NCBI GenBank assembly: GCA_964449675.1
Contig: CAYVAR010000003.1
Coordinates: forward strand, 1 to 58,278
Origin: an uncultured Gammaproteobacteria bacterium
GTDB taxonomy: Bacteria > Patescibacteriota > Microgenomatia > UBA10105 > UBA927
Direction: 5' to 3'
DNA length: 58,278 nt
Shown here: piece after piece, positions 32,635 to 42,276 of the stretch
How the letters are laid out: each line of letters begins with the position of its first letter
Numbering within the stretch: position 1 is the first letter of the stretch
The notes under the pieces: generated by a model
What the model was told of the DNA's origin: nothing
What the model saw: only the letters and a program-made list of their open reading frames with translations
Databases searched by the model: none
Program-made: the position numbers and the translations under genes

Positions 32635-34116
32635 ATGAGAACTATGAGTTATGAACCAGTTATCGGCTTAGAAGTGCATGTAGAGCTTGCCACAAAGTCA
32701 AAGATGTTTTGCGGGTGTCAGGCGGATCATTTTGGCAGGGAGCCAAATACCATCACCTGTCCGGTATGCTTAGGACTTCCCGGCGCGCTTCCGGTACCAA
32801 ACAAAAAGGCAGTTGAGTGGACTATTCTTTTGGGACTGGCGTTGGGTTGCACGATCAACGACGAGAGTAAATTTGACCGCAAGCATTACTACTACCCGGA
32901 TTTACCCAAAGGGTATCAGATTAGTCAATACGATGAGCCCATCGCCATCAACGGGCAGCTTGTCATTCCGAGTGAACGCAGTGAATCGAGGAATCTCACG
33001 CGTATGCGAGACCTCAAACAAGTTGAGGGATCCCTCGACTTCGCTCGGGATGACAAAAGGATAGACGGAGATGATCAAAAGACCGTCCGCATTCGGCGAG
33101 TGCATTTGGAGGAGGATACGGGAAAACTTCAACATGCGGTGGTTGATGGCCGCGACGTCTCACTTGTAGATTTTAATAGAAGTGGTGTACCGCTTGTGGA
33201 GATAGTTACAGAACCGGATTTGCAATCAGTTGAAGAAGTTGATGCATTCGTGAGAAAGATTCAGCAAACCGTCCGATACTTGGAGATATCAGGAGCAGAT
33301 ATGGAAAAAGGGACGATGAGGATAGAGCCCAGCATATCAATACTACCAATGTCAAATACTACCAAAACTACCAATATCAAATATTCAAAGCGGGATAAGA
33401 AACTTCCGGGATATCGTGTGGAGATAAAGAACATTAATTCATTTAAGTTTGCGAGAAAGGCAATAGAATATGAGATTGAGAGGCAACGCGAGCAACTCGA
33501 GCAAGGCGAGCAACTCAGGCAAGAGACTCGCGGGTGGAGTGAGAACAAGGGAATTACGGTGGCGCATAGGGAAAAGGAGGAAGCACATGATTACCGCTAT
33601 TTTCCGGAGCCGGATATTCCACCGATGCGCTTCGCGCAAGCTCAAATTTCAAAGCTCAAATCTCAAATCGGAGAAATGCCGGATGCAAAGAAAGAACGGT
33701 TTATGAGAGATTATCAACTGAGTGAATATGATGCGACGATTCTCATTGAGACGAGGGAGAGGGCGGAGTACTATGAAAAAAGTACAAAGTACACAGTACA
33801 AAGTACACAGTACAAAGACTTAAAACCAAAAATAATTGCAAATTGGATTATTAATAAGAAAGTGGATGTGGAAAAAGTGACGCCCGCGCTACTGGTTGAT
33901 CAAATAGCCCAATCTATGCAAACATCGTCGATCACTGATGAAGAATTAAAAAAAATAGTGAAAGACGTTCTTGCCCAAAATCAAAAGGCAGTTGACGATT
34001 ACAAAAAAGGAAAAGAACAATCGCTTATGTTTTTGATTGGTCAGGTGATAAGAATGACAACGGGTCGTACAACTGCAGAAACTATTAAAAAATTATTAGT
34101 TGAATTATTACAATGA
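32635..34116 (+). CDS. gatB: Asp/Glu-tRNA(Asn/Gln) amidotransferase subunit B
   Basis: YEPVIGLEVHVEL, CPVCLGLPGALP, YYYPDLPKGYQISQ, HLEEDTGK, EIKNINSF, and the C-terminal GatB/YqeY domain. Carries several in-frame inserts. Confidence 0.95.
   Translation: MRTMSYEPVIGLEVHVELATKSKMFCGCQADHFGREPNTITCPVCLGLPGALPVPNKKAVEWTILLGLALGCTINDESKFDRKHYYYPDLPKGYQISQYDEPIAINGQLVIPSERSESRNLTRMRDLKQVEGSLDFARDDKRIDGDDQKTVRIRRVHLEEDTGKLQHAVVDGRDVSLVDFNRSGVPLVEIVTEPDLQSVEEVDAFVRKIQQTVRYLEISGADMEKGTMRIEPSISILPMSNTTKTTNIKYSKRDKKLPGYRVEIKNINSFKFARKAIEYEIERQREQLEQGEQLRQETRGWSENKGITVAHREKEEAHDYRYFPEPDIPPMRFAQAQISKLKSQIGEMPDAKKERFMRDYQLSEYDATILIETRERAEYYEKSTKYTVQSTQYKDLKPKIIANWIINKKVDVEKVTPALLVDQIAQSMQTSSITDEELKKIVKDVLAQNQKAVDDYKKGKEQSLMFLIGQVIRMTTGRTTAETIKKLLVELLQ
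32962..33054 (+). repeat. 93-nt GTCAT...ATGAC hairpin element in-frame inside gatB
   Basis: GTCATTCCGAGTGAA pairs with TTCGCTCGGGATGAC (15 bp including two G-U on the sense strand). Inner pairs are CGAGGAATC/GATCCCTCG and CCTCAA-acaag-TTGAGG. Exactly 31 codons (VIPSERSESRNLTRMRDLKQVEGSLDFARDD). Confidence 0.75.
33781..33818 (+). repeat. heptamer tandem repeat (AGTACAM)x5 in-frame in gatB (STKYTVQSTQYK)
   Basis: agtacaa agtacac agtacaa agtacac agtacaa ag. A second periodic patch at 33338-33390 encodes ILPMSNTTKTTNIKYSK. Confidence 0.7.
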
Positions 34117-34985
34117 ACGAAAAAGATAAAAATGAATTAGTTGGACAATATAATGCGATAAGACAGTCTTTAGAACCACAGATTAAGAAACGTTCAATAG
34201 GACTTTCAGAAAAAGATAGGTATCGATTAGTATCAATCGCTGCAGCACGGGAGTTTAGAGCAAGACAAACATCTCTTAAGGATACAGTTACTATTTTATG
34301 GAATAGACGCTATTTCAACGAACAACTTGCAAAGGTGATAAGTCGTAAAACGCGATCAAAAGGAATAAAGGATGTCCAAGAATCCATAGGTTTGGGAAGT
34401 GGGGATGTCCGTGGATTCAAACGATATAATGACACATATGGTCACGATGGAGGTGATGATATTCTCCGGGCAGTTGGTACCACACTCAATAATGGGGGTG
34501 GTTTGAGGAGTACGGATATCGCAGCCCGTATGGGGGGAGATGAATTTAATATCTTGCTATATGATGTCGAACCTCATATAACCGGTGATTATCACTTAAA
34601 TCCTAAAGCAGGTCTTGCAATTGCAGCTCTTCGATTGGTTGAATCAATGCATACGCAACACATTAAATTAAAAGATCAAAGTGACGGGAAAGTAGTTGAT
34701 GAGTCATACCATTTTGATCTTGGTGTAACTTTAATACAAGACACAGATACTCAGGAAAAAGCTATGAAAAGAGCAGATCGTGCTTCGTATGAAGCAAAAA
34801 ATAGGCTATCACCAGATGCTATACAAATTGTAATTGCCAGTGAAGTTGACGGTGTCGACATATTTGAAGTAGCATCCTTTCGTTTATCGAGTCCAGTCGA
34901 GAAGACTCAAACAGGATTAAATCATATCGTTACTTTTGAGCCGACCGAAAATTACCCTCCAAGAATTATTTCTGAACGCGCCTAA
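34113..34985 (+). CDS. GGDEF-domain diguanylate cyclase (stand-alone)
   Basis: GFKRYNDTYGHDGGDDIL, RSTD (RxxD I-site) five residues before GGDEF in ARMGGDEFNILL. 4-nt overlap with the gatB stop. Confidence 0.8.
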   Translation: MNEKDKNELVGQYNAIRQSLEPQIKKRSIGLSEKDRYRLVSIAAAREFRARQTSLKDTVTILWNRRYFNEQLAKVISRKTRSKGIKDVQESIGLGSGDVRGFKRYNDTYGHDGGDDILRAVGTTLNNGGGLRSTDIAARMGGDEFNILLYDVEPHITGDYHLNPKAGLAIAALRLVESMHTQHIKLKDQSDGKVVDESYHFDLGVTLIQDTDTQEKAMKRADRASYEAKNRLSPDAIQIVIASEVDGVDIFEVASFRLSSPVEKTQTGLNHIVTFEPTENYPPRIISERA

Positions 34986-34991
34986 TAATGT

Positions 34992-37900
34992 ATGGCTAAC
35001 TTTGTTCACCTTCATACGCACTCTGAATTTTCGCTTCTTGACGGATTGGGGAAACTCGATCATCTCATCGACCGGGCAAAATCCTTTGGCATGGACGCCC
35101 TCGCTATCACCGATCACGGAGCGATGTACGGCGCCTTTAAGTTTTACCTCAAGGCAAAAACCGCCGGTATCAAACCCATTATCGGTGTTGAGACGTATGT
35201 AGCTCGGCGCAGTCGCTTCGATAAGGAAGCAAAAGTCGATACCGACCCATACCATCTCGTGCTTCTTGCTAAAAATATCACGGGATATAAAAATTTGATG
35301 AAGCTCGTCACCCATGCACATTTAGAAGGATATTACTATCGTCCACGCATTGACTTCGAACTACTAGAGCAGCATCACGAGGGACTTATTTGCTTGAGCG
35401 CGTGTCTGCAGGGACAAGTACCCTATCTTCTTGGCAACAATCAAGACAAAGAAGCAGAAGAAGTCGCACGGTCGTATGGCAAACTCTTCGGTCCGGATCA
35501 TTATTATTTAGAACTTCAAAAGCATCCCCATATACCGGAGTGCGATATCGTCAATGAAAAATTAGTGAAACTTTCCCGGAAATTAGGACTACCCTTGGTT
35601 GCCACGAACGATATTCATTATGTCGCCCCTGAAGATGCCGAGGCGCAGGAGATCCTTCTTTGTGTCCAGACACAGCATACAATCGTAGAAAAAAATCGCC
35701 CGCTCACGATGATTGGTTCACCGGATTTTTATATGCGAACGCCCGACGAGATGAAGGGCCTTTTTATCCAATATCCGGAAGCTATCGATAATACAGCTAA
35801 AATTGCGTCCATGTGTGATCTCATACTTGAGGTTGGGAAATGGATTTTGCCCAACTACCCGCTTGATAAAGGAGAAACGCCTACGAGCTTTTTAAGAAAA
35901 CTCATTGTAGAAAAAACTCCACAAAGATATCCGAAAATGACTGCTGACATGACAAAACGGCTCGAGTATGAATTTGACATCATCGACAAAAAAGGATACG
36001 CCACGTATTTTTTGATCGTACAGGATTTTGTAAACTGGGCAAAAAGTAACGGTATATCCGTAGGTCCGGGGCGTGGATCGGCAGCTGGATCAGTGGTATC
36101 TTATATATTAGGGATAACGGGTATCGATCCATTTTTTTTTAATTTACCATTTGAAAGATTCCTCAATCCGTTTCGTCCAACACCTCCTGATATAGATTTG
36201 GATTTTGCCGATGATAGGCGTGATGAGGTCATTGCCTACGTCACCGAGCGATTCGGACACGAAAAGGTAGCCCAAATTATTACCTTTGGCACGATGGAGG
36301 CAAGAGGAGCGGTACGAGACGGTGGTCGAGCACTCGGTATGCCCTATAGTGGTCCCGACAGAATTTCTAAAATGATTCCACAAGGATTTCAAGGAAGTGC
36401 CATGACGATAGATAAGGCACTCGAACAGTCCCCTGAACTTTCCCGTGCGTACCAGACGGAGCCAGAAACGAAACGGTTACTCAATGTCGCTCGAAAACTG
36501 GAAGGAGTTGCACGGCACGCCTCTGTTCACGCTGCGGGAGTGGTCATTGCCGATAAGCCGATCGTTGAGTACACGCCGCTTCAGAAAGAAAGCAAGGGCG
36601 AGCGTATCGTCACCCAGTATGACATGTATACGATTGGCGAAGACGGGGTAGGACTTCTGAAAATGGATTTTTTGGGACTTCGAAATTTAACGATCATGTC
36701 TCAGGCGCTTGGGTTTATTGACCGCGTGCATGGGAAGAAGATAGACCTTGACGCCATACCACTCAATGATAAAAAAACGTTTTCCATGCTCGCTTTGGGA
36801 GAAACCACTGGAATTTTTCAGCTTGAAAGTAGCGGTATGCGACGATATGTGAAAGAACTCAAGCCGTCGTCTATTTTTGACGTCATGGCAATGGTTGCGC
36901 TCTTTCGGCCGGGACCAATGCAAGTGATACCCGAATTTATTCGCAGAAAGCACAATACCAACCTCATAACCTATCCTGATCCGCGACTCAAAGACGTATT
37001 AAAGCAGTCCTACGGAATAATCTGTTATCAAGACGATGTGCTCCTTACTGCTATAACCATAGCAGGGTATTCTTGGGGGGACGCAGATAAGTTGCGAAAA
37101 GCAGTCGGAAAAAAGATTCCTTCTGAGATGAAAAAACAAAAAGAAAAATTTATTGACGGCTGCGTCGCTGGCGGGCTTACGAGGGATAAGGGCGAAGAAA
37201 TTTTTACTCTTATTGAACCATTTGCCGGTTACGGATTTAACAAAGCACACGCAGCATGCTACGCCATGATAGCCTACCAAACAGCGTATTTGAAAGCAAA
37301 CTACACGGTGGAGTTTATGACCGCTGTGTTAACTGCTGAGAGTCGTGCAAATACAGGTCCTGCCCGAGATGAAAAAATATCCGGGATTGTTGCTGAGTGC
37401 AGACGTATGCATATACCTCTTCTTCCTCCGGATATCAACACGTCAGATATAGAATTTACTATTGAGAATAATTTTATTCGTTTTGGACTTTCTGCAATAA
37501 AAAATGTCGGGACAGCTGCGATAGATAATATCTTATCTGCGCAAAAAGTAGCGGGTTCATTTAAAAACCTCTCAGATTTTATACGTCGGGTAGACATATC
37601 GAGAGTCAATCGAAAGACTATCGAAAGTTTGATAAAAACCGGATGTTTTGATGCGTTTGGCACGCGCGCGGCACTCCTTGCCGCCATAGACGGACTTTTA
37701 GAGTCGGCTCACCGCAGCCGGAAGTCCCTCGCAAGCGGTCAGGTTGGATTATTTGGAGAAGATGATGAGGAGTCGGAAGATCATCTTCCAAAGGTCGATG
37801 AATTATCTTCCATGCAGCTTCTTGGTTTTGAAAAAGAATTCTTAGGATTTTATCTGACCAGTAATCCCATTGAACCGCTTCTCGGGCGACTTGCCGCGTT

Positions 37901-38192
37901 TGAAACTGTTCCCATTGAAGAAATTACATCCTCACGTGTTGGGGAGCGTGTTGTCATTGGCGGGTTTGTCGGATCGATAAAAAAAATTACGACGAAGGCA
38001 ACCAATAACGAGATGGCATTTGTGCGCGTAGAAGATTTGACCGGTTCAGTTGAAGTAGTTGTATTTCCTAAAATATATAGTAAAACCTATGATTTATGGA
38101 CCAGTGATACTGTGGTCCTTATCGCCGGAAAGGTAGATGAAAAAGACGACCGTTTAACGATATTAGTAGACGAAGCAAAGAAAATTGAATGA
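34992..38192 (+). CDS. dnaE: DNA polymerase III alpha subunit
   Basis: PHP N-terminus FVHLHTHSEFSLLDG, palm GPGRGSAAGS, PDIDLDF, and a C-terminal OB fold. 1066 aa. Confidence 0.95.
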   Translation: MANFVHLHTHSEFSLLDGLGKLDHLIDRAKSFGMDALAITDHGAMYGAFKFYLKAKTAGIKPIIGVETYVARRSRFDKEAKVDTDPYHLVLLAKNITGYKNLMKLVTHAHLEGYYYRPRIDFELLEQHHEGLICLSACLQGQVPYLLGNNQDKEAEEVARSYGKLFGPDHYYLELQKHPHIPECDIVNEKLVKLSRKLGLPLVATNDIHYVAPEDAEAQEILLCVQTQHTIVEKNRPLTMIGSPDFYMRTPDEMKGLFIQYPEAIDNTAKIASMCDLILEVGKWILPNYPLDKGETPTSFLRKLIVEKTPQRYPKMTADMTKRLEYEFDIIDKKGYATYFLIVQDFVNWAKSNGISVGPGRGSAAGSVVSYILGITGIDPFFFNLPFERFLNPFRPTPPDIDLDFADDRRDEVIAYVTERFGHEKVAQIITFGTMEARGAVRDGGRALGMPYSGPDRISKMIPQGFQGSAMTIDKALEQSPELSRAYQTEPETKRLLNVARKLEGVARHASVHAAGVVIADKPIVEYTPLQKESKGERIVTQYDMYTIGEDGVGLLKMDFLGLRNLTIMSQALGFIDRVHGKKIDLDAIPLNDKKTFSMLALGETTGIFQLESSGMRRYVKELKPSSIFDVMAMVALFRPGPMQVIPEFIRRKHNTNLITYPDPRLKDVLKQSYGIICYQDDVLLTAITIAGYSWGDADKLRKAVGKKIPSEMKKQKEKFIDGCVAGGLTRDKGEEIFTLIEPFAGYGFNKAHAACYAMIAYQTAYLKANYTVEFMTAVLTAESRANTGPARDEKISGIVAECRRMHIPLLPPDINTSDIEFTIENNFIRFGLSAIKNVGTAAIDNILSAQKVAGSFKNLSDFIRRVDISRVNRKTIESLIKTGCFDAFGTRAALLAAIDGLLESAHRSRKSLASGQVGLFGEDDEESEDHLPKVDELSSMQLLGFEKEFLGFYLTSNPIEPLLGRLAAFETVPIEEITSSRVGERVVIGGFVGSIKKITTKATNNEMAFVRVEDLTGSVEVVVFPKIYSKTYDLWTSDTVVLIAGKVDEKDDRLTILVDEAKKIE

Positions 38193-38204
38193 GCGTACGC
38201 CTCG

Positions 38205-38233
38205 TTGACGATACGATTAATTTTCTATACAAT
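38205..38233 (+). promoter_or_regulatory. candidate sigma-70-type promoter of the ATP synthase operon
   Basis: TTGACG (38205-38210), a 17-nt spacer, then TACAAT (38228-38233), about 30 nt upstream of the atpZ-like start. Confidence 0.4.
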
Positions 38234-38261
38234 AGAAACAGATTTACTATAAACGCTACTA

Positions 38262-38603
38262 ATGGGCGAAACACATAAAAAAGAACGATTTGACATACGC
38301 ATAGATGAACAGGGAGTGGGCACGCGTCCGAGAAAGGACGAGAAACAGAATAAAAATAATTTAGACTCGTGGTATTATCTGGGGGTTGTCGGACAGATTG
38401 GATTTAGTATCGCTCTTCCCATTGCAGGAGGCGCGATACTTGGGTCATTTATTGATCGACAGATGAGTATATATCCCAAAGCAACATTGGGATTATTATT
38501 TTTTGGAGTTGTTGTTTCATGTGTTACATTTTATCAAACAATTAAGACAATATTAAAAGGTACAGAAGGTACAAAAAGTACGGGAAGTATGGGAAGTAAA
38601 TAA
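38262..38603 (+). CDS. AtpZ/AtpI-like small membrane protein preceding the ATP synthase genes
   Basis: Two TM helices with YYLGVVGQIGFSIALPIAGGAILGSFIDR, typical of the ATPase_gene1 (AtpZ) family. First gene of the atp cluster. Confidence 0.6.
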   Translation: MGETHKKERFDIRIDEQGVGTRPRKDEKQNKNNLDSWYYLGVVGQIGFSIALPIAGGAILGSFIDRQMSIYPKATLGLLFFGVVVSCVTFYQTIKTILKGTEGTKSTGSMGSK

Positions 38604-38657
38604 AAAAGAATTAAATCCTTGCCGTACCCTTCGTACATCCCGTACCTTTCATACATT
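38556..38657. repeat. periodic (~9-nt, GTAC-containing) imperfect inverted-repeat element spanning the atpZ 3' end and the atpZ-atpB spacer
   Basis: Left arm AAAGGTACAGAAGGTACAAAAAGTACGGGAAGTATGGGAAGTAAA (encodes KGTEGTKSTGSMGSK*). Right arm CCTTGCCGTACCCTTCGTACATCCCGTACCTTTCATACATTT. Confidence 0.6.
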
Positions 38658-38664
38658 TGAAATA

Positions 38665-39420
38665 ATGCCACATATATCACTTGCTGCTGAAACTCTATGG
38701 AGAGTGGGAGGATTCCCAATTTCAAACGCACTCCTTGCGACCTGGCTCGTTATGGCTTTTATAGCTATAGTATCATTTGTTTCTACTCGAAAACTAACTC
38801 TAGTGCCGGGGCATGCTCAGTCACTAGCAGAACTTCTCGTCGGCGGCTTATATGATTTTTTTGAAGGCGTCATAGGCAAACACGTCAAAGAAGTGTTTCC
38901 TCTTATTGCATCGTTATTCTTTTTTATCATCATCGCAAATTGGGTGGGGTTGTTACCGGGATTGGGAACCATTGGATTTTTTAAACAAGAGCATGAAGTA
39001 CTTAAATTTGTACCGCTTCTACGAGGCGCAACTGCTGATTTGAATACGACTCTTGCTTTAGCACTTGTATCGGTTGTCGCAATTCAATATTATGGATTTA
39101 GAACATTAGGTTTCCACTATGGCGGACGATTTATAAATATAAAAAATCCGATATATTTCTTCGTCGGTATTTTAGAAATACTTTCAGATATATCAAAAGT
39201 GATATCATTTGCATTTCGACTTTTTGGCAATATCTTTGCAGGAGAAGTGCTCCTTACTGTCATGGCGTTTCTTATGCCGTTTATCGTACCTTTACCATTT
39301 CTTATGCTTGAACTATTTGTAGGATTTATTCAAGCCTTAGTCTTTTCTATGTTGACGGCAGTATTTTTGAATGTTGCCGTAAGTCATGATGGAGGAGAAC
39401 AGAGTCATGAGTCCTCCTAA
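38665..39420 (+). CDS. atpB: F0F1 ATP synthase subunit a
   Basis: Polytopic protein with LSFAFRLFGNIFAGE (essential Arg motif). Confidence 0.9.
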   Translation: MPHISLAAETLWRVGGFPISNALLATWLVMAFIAIVSFVSTRKLTLVPGHAQSLAELLVGGLYDFFEGVIGKHVKEVFPLIASLFFFIIIANWVGLLPGLGTIGFFKQEHEVLKFVPLLRGATADLNTTLALALVSVVAIQYYGFRTLGFHYGGRFINIKNPIYFFVGILEILSDISKVISFAFRLFGNIFAGEVLLTVMAFLMPFIVPLPFLMLELFVGFIQALVFSMLTAVFLNVAVSHDGGEQSHESS

Positions 39421-39425
39421 GCTTA

Positions 39426-39464
39426 CCGAACAGCTTTTCAGTATTATTCATACACGCTGTTCGG
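39426..39464. repeat. 9-bp stem hairpin in the atpB-atpE spacer
   Basis: CCGAACAGC ...21 nt... GCTGTTCGG. Confidence 0.7.
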
Positions 39465-39539
39465 AGCGCTGAAGCGGCGGGCTTAAGCATATCTATTACT
39501 CGCAGACTCGTAAAGATCTGCTAAAGGAGGTGAGCATAC

Positions 39540-39767
39540 ATGGATGAATCAACTATAAAACTCGTTATGACGGGAGTAACCGTCGCTATCGGTGGGAGTA
39601 TGCCAGCTCTTGCAATTGGCATGATTACCGCCAAAGCCATGGAAGCCATCGGACGAAACCCGGAAGCTTCCGGTGAAGTACGAACGAGCATGATTTTGGG
39701 TCTTGCATTTGCTGAGGCTATTGCTATTTACGCACTTGTTGCAGGACTAATTATTAAATTTGTCTAG
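39540..39767 (+). CDS. atpE: F0F1 ATP synthase subunit c
   Basis: 75-aa hairpin protein with GRNPEA loop and the carboxylate in LAFAEAIAIYALV. Confidence 0.9.
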   Translation: MDESTIKLVMTGVTVAIGGSMPALAIGMITAKAMEAIGRNPEASGEVRTSMILGLAFAEAIAIYALVAGLIIKFV

Positions 39768-39768
39768 T

Positions 39769-39845
39769 GTGGATAGGAAGAGAGGAAGAGAGGAGGATAG
39801 GAAGAAAAATTTCTTCACATCTTCCACTCCCCACATTATCCTATC
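39769..39845. repeat. purine-rich/pyrimidine-rich imperfect inverted repeat in the atpE-atpF spacer
   Basis: GTGGATAGGAAGAGAGGAAGAGAGGAGGATAGGAAGAAA / TTTCTTCACATCTTCCACTCCCCACATTATCCTATC. The track ORF extension of atpF runs through it. Confidence 0.6.
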
Positions 39846-39853
39846 TTAGAAGT

Positions 39854-40351
39854 ATGGAACAACTCGGTATTGAACCTAAGTTATTACTGGCGCAGATTAT
39901 TAACTTTACCATTATCATGGTCGTCTTGACGAAGCTTCTTTATAAGCCGATTCTATCAATGCTCGAAAAACGAAAAAAAGAAATTGAAGCTGCATTAGCA
40001 TTAACAGAAAAGATGCGACTTGAGGAAGAAAAAATGAAGGAGCGAAAAGAAAGACTCCTATCCGACGCTCGTAAAGAAGGGCATGTTGTGCTTGATGAGA
40101 TGAGAAAAGTTGCCAAAGAAGAAGAGAAAGAAATTATCGCGCGTGCCCGTAAAGAAGCGGAAGCCATAATCGAAAAGGGAAAACAAGATGTCGCCCGTCT
40201 CAAAGAAGAACTTATGATTGATGTGCGTCGGGAAGCAGTTGGTCTGGCTGGCGCAATGGTGCAAAAACTACTAAGCAGATCTCTTACGAACACAGACAAA
40301 CACGCCATAATCGCCAAAAATCTCAAAGATCTCGAATCAGTTAAAGGATAA
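39854..40351 (+). CDS. atpF: F0F1 ATP synthase subunit b
   Basis: N-terminal TM (LLLAQIINFTIIMVVL) followed by a long charged helix. The start at MEQLGIEP is preferred. Confidence 0.8.
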   Translation: MEQLGIEPKLLLAQIINFTIIMVVLTKLLYKPILSMLEKRKKEIEAALALTEKMRLEEEKMKERKERLLSDARKEGHVVLDEMRKVAKEEEKEIIARARKEAEAIIEKGKQDVARLKEELMIDVRREAVGLAGAMVQKLLSRSLTNTDKHAIIAKNLKDLESVKG

Positions 40352-40354
40352 TAT

Positions 40355-40711
40355 ATGAGTAGTCTTTCTAAAGATGCCAGGGGGTTTGTCGATGGAGTCG
40401 TTTCTTACCTTTCTCATGGAGAAAAATCTTCTGCCCTGCCAAAAGTCGCGACTCTTCTTCACAAAGTGACCTCTCAAGCGAAACGGCAAAAAAGTGCTCG
40501 AGTAGAGTCATGCATTGCTATGGTGTCAAACGAACGGTCTAACCTTGAAAGAATTCTCGCGCGAGTGTTAGGACATAGTGTTGATGTCGAGTATTCCGTA
40601 AATGCATCCTTGCTTGGTGGATTTCGAGTACAAGTAGCAGATTGGATCATCGATACAAGTTTATCATCACAATTAGCACTTTTAATGTTGTCTATGAATA
40701 GCGAGCGGTAA
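40355..40711 (+). CDS. atpH: F0F1 ATP synthase subunit delta (OSCP), unusually short
   Basis: Position between atpF and atpA. The C-terminal [22 protein letters not shown] matches the conserved delta C-terminal block. Only 118 aa. Confidence 0.6.
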   Translation: MSSLSKDARGFVDGVVSYLSHGEKSSALPKVATLLHKVTSQAKRQKSARVESCIAMVSNERSNLERILARVLGHSVDVEYSVNASLLGGFRVQVADWIIDTSLSSQLALLMLSMNSER

Positions 40712-40716
40712 AAGTT

Positions 40717-42276
40717 ATGAAATCAGATATTACCAGTCTTATTGCAAAAGATTTACAGAAAAAAATTTCAGTTTTTGAACCAGGAGCGACAAACCGTCGT
40801 GTCGGTCATATTTTGACGATTGCCGACGGAGTAGCGAAGGTGAGTGGGCTTCCGACGGTTGCATATCTTGAGCTTGTAGAGTTTGCGGGTGGAATATCCG
40901 GTGTCGCGGTTAACTTGGAAGAAGACGCTGTTGGTGTTATCGTATTAGGTGATTATCTCGCCCTTTCCCAGGGAGACGAAGTACGCGCGACCGGTAACCT
41001 TCTTTCTGTTTCTGTGGGAGATAATTACTTAGGCCGAGTTGTCAATCCGCTTGGTGATCCTCTCGATGGTAAAGGAACAATCAATACAAAAAAACGATAC
41101 TCAATGGAAAAAATCGCTCCCGGAGTCACCGAAAGGCAATCTGTGAGTACCCCGCTTCAGACCGGGATTAAAGCAATAGACGCCATGATCCCGATAGGGA
41201 AAGGTCAACGGGAACTTATTATCGGCGACCGAAATACCGGCAAAACTGCGGTATGTGTGGATACCATCATAAATCAAGCAAAAGAAAATGTTATTTGCAT
41301 TTACGTCGGCATTGGACAAAAGACGTCACGCATTGCCCATGTAGTATCTGATTTAGCTAAACACGGTGCTTCCTCTTACACTATTGTTGTATCTGCCTCT
41401 GCTTCAGATCCAGCTTCTTATCAGTATTTAGCCCCGTATGCGGGGACAGCCATTGCCGAATATTTTATGGATCAGGGGAAGGATGTGCTCATTATTTATG
41501 ATGATCTTTCAAAGCACGCATGGGCGTATCGACAAATTTCTCTTATTCTCAAAAGACCATCAGGGCGGGAAGCGTATCCGGGAGACGTATTTTATCTCCA
41601 TAGTAGACTTCTTGAGCGCGCGTGTCGGTTAGATAAAGCTCACGGCGGAGGGTCGATTACGGCTCTTCCTGTTATAGAAACCCAGGCTAATGATATGTCC
41701 GGCTATATACCGACAAACGTCATATCCATAACCGATGGACAATTATTTTTGGAATCAGATCTTTTCTATGCTGGACAGCGACCGGCGATAAATGTCGGTG
41801 TCTCTGTATCGCGCGTTGGAGGGACCGCTCAGATAAAAGCGATGAAAAAGGTAGCTGGTAATTTACGGTTGGACTTGGCCCAGTATAGAAGCTTAGCCGC
41901 ATTTGCCCAGTTTTCTACTGATTTGGATGAGGCGACGAAAAAGCAAATAGACCGCGGAGCGCGCATGATGGAGCTTCTGAAACAAGATCAATACCAACCC
42001 ATGCCGGTAGAAAAACAAATTGTCCTCATATGGACGGGAGTCAATGGCTATATCGATGATATTCCTGTTTCCCGAGTAAGTAAATTCGAAACAGAGTTTT
42101 TAACATATATAGATCGAGGGTATAAAAAAACGCTTGCGACAATAGCAAAGGAAAAAGTTATATCAGAAAGCGCGGAAAAAGAGCTGAAAGAAGCAGTTAT
42201 GGAGTTTAAGAAGACATTTACAGAGGAAAATCACCAAGCACCAAGCACCAAGCACCAAATTCCAAACAAATTCTAA
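40717..42276 (+). CDS. atpA: F0F1 ATP synthase subunit alpha
   Basis: Walker [30 protein letters not shown]. The C-terminal tail [14 protein letters not shown] is encoded by (CACCAAG)n repeats. Confidence 0.95.
   Translation: MKSDITSLIAKDLQKKISVFEPGATNRRVGHILTIADGVAKVSGLPTVAYLELVEFAGGISGVAVNLEEDAVGVIVLGDYLALSQGDEVRATGNLLSVSVGDNYLGRVVNPLGDPLDGKGTINTKKRYSMEKIAPGVTERQSVSTPLQTGIKAIDAMIPIGKGQRELIIGDRNTGKTAVCVDTIINQAKENVICIYVGIGQKTSRIAHVVSDLAKHGASSYTIVVSASASDPASYQYLAPYAGTAIAEYFMDQGKDVLIIYDDLSKHAWAYRQISLILKRPSGREAYPGDVFYLHSRLLERACRLDKAHGGGSITALPVIETQANDMSGYIPTNVISITDGQLFLESDLFYAGQRPAINVGVSVSRVGGTAQIKAMKKVAGNLRLDLAQYRSLAAFAQFSTDLDEATKKQIDRGARMMELLKQDQYQPMPVEKQIVLIWTGVNGYIDDIPVSRVSKFETEFLTYIDRGYKKTLATIAKEKVISESAEKELKEAVMEFKKTFTEENHQAPSTKHQIPNKF

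Noticed and set aside
33781-33818. Possible CRISPR array or other spaced-repeat locus among the tandem and periodic repeats (also 26154, 38556, 42232, 44847)
   Set aside because: The periods are only 7-9 nt with no unique spacers, the arrays are shorter than 50 nt, and no cas genes are present. They are micro-tandem words, not CRISPR repeats.
34992-38192. Intein or large insertion in dnaE (and in carB or ileS)
   Set aside because: The lengths are typical for these families, and no intein block motifs or homing-endonuclease signatures were seen. Only the short repeat-derived insert in ileS was found.
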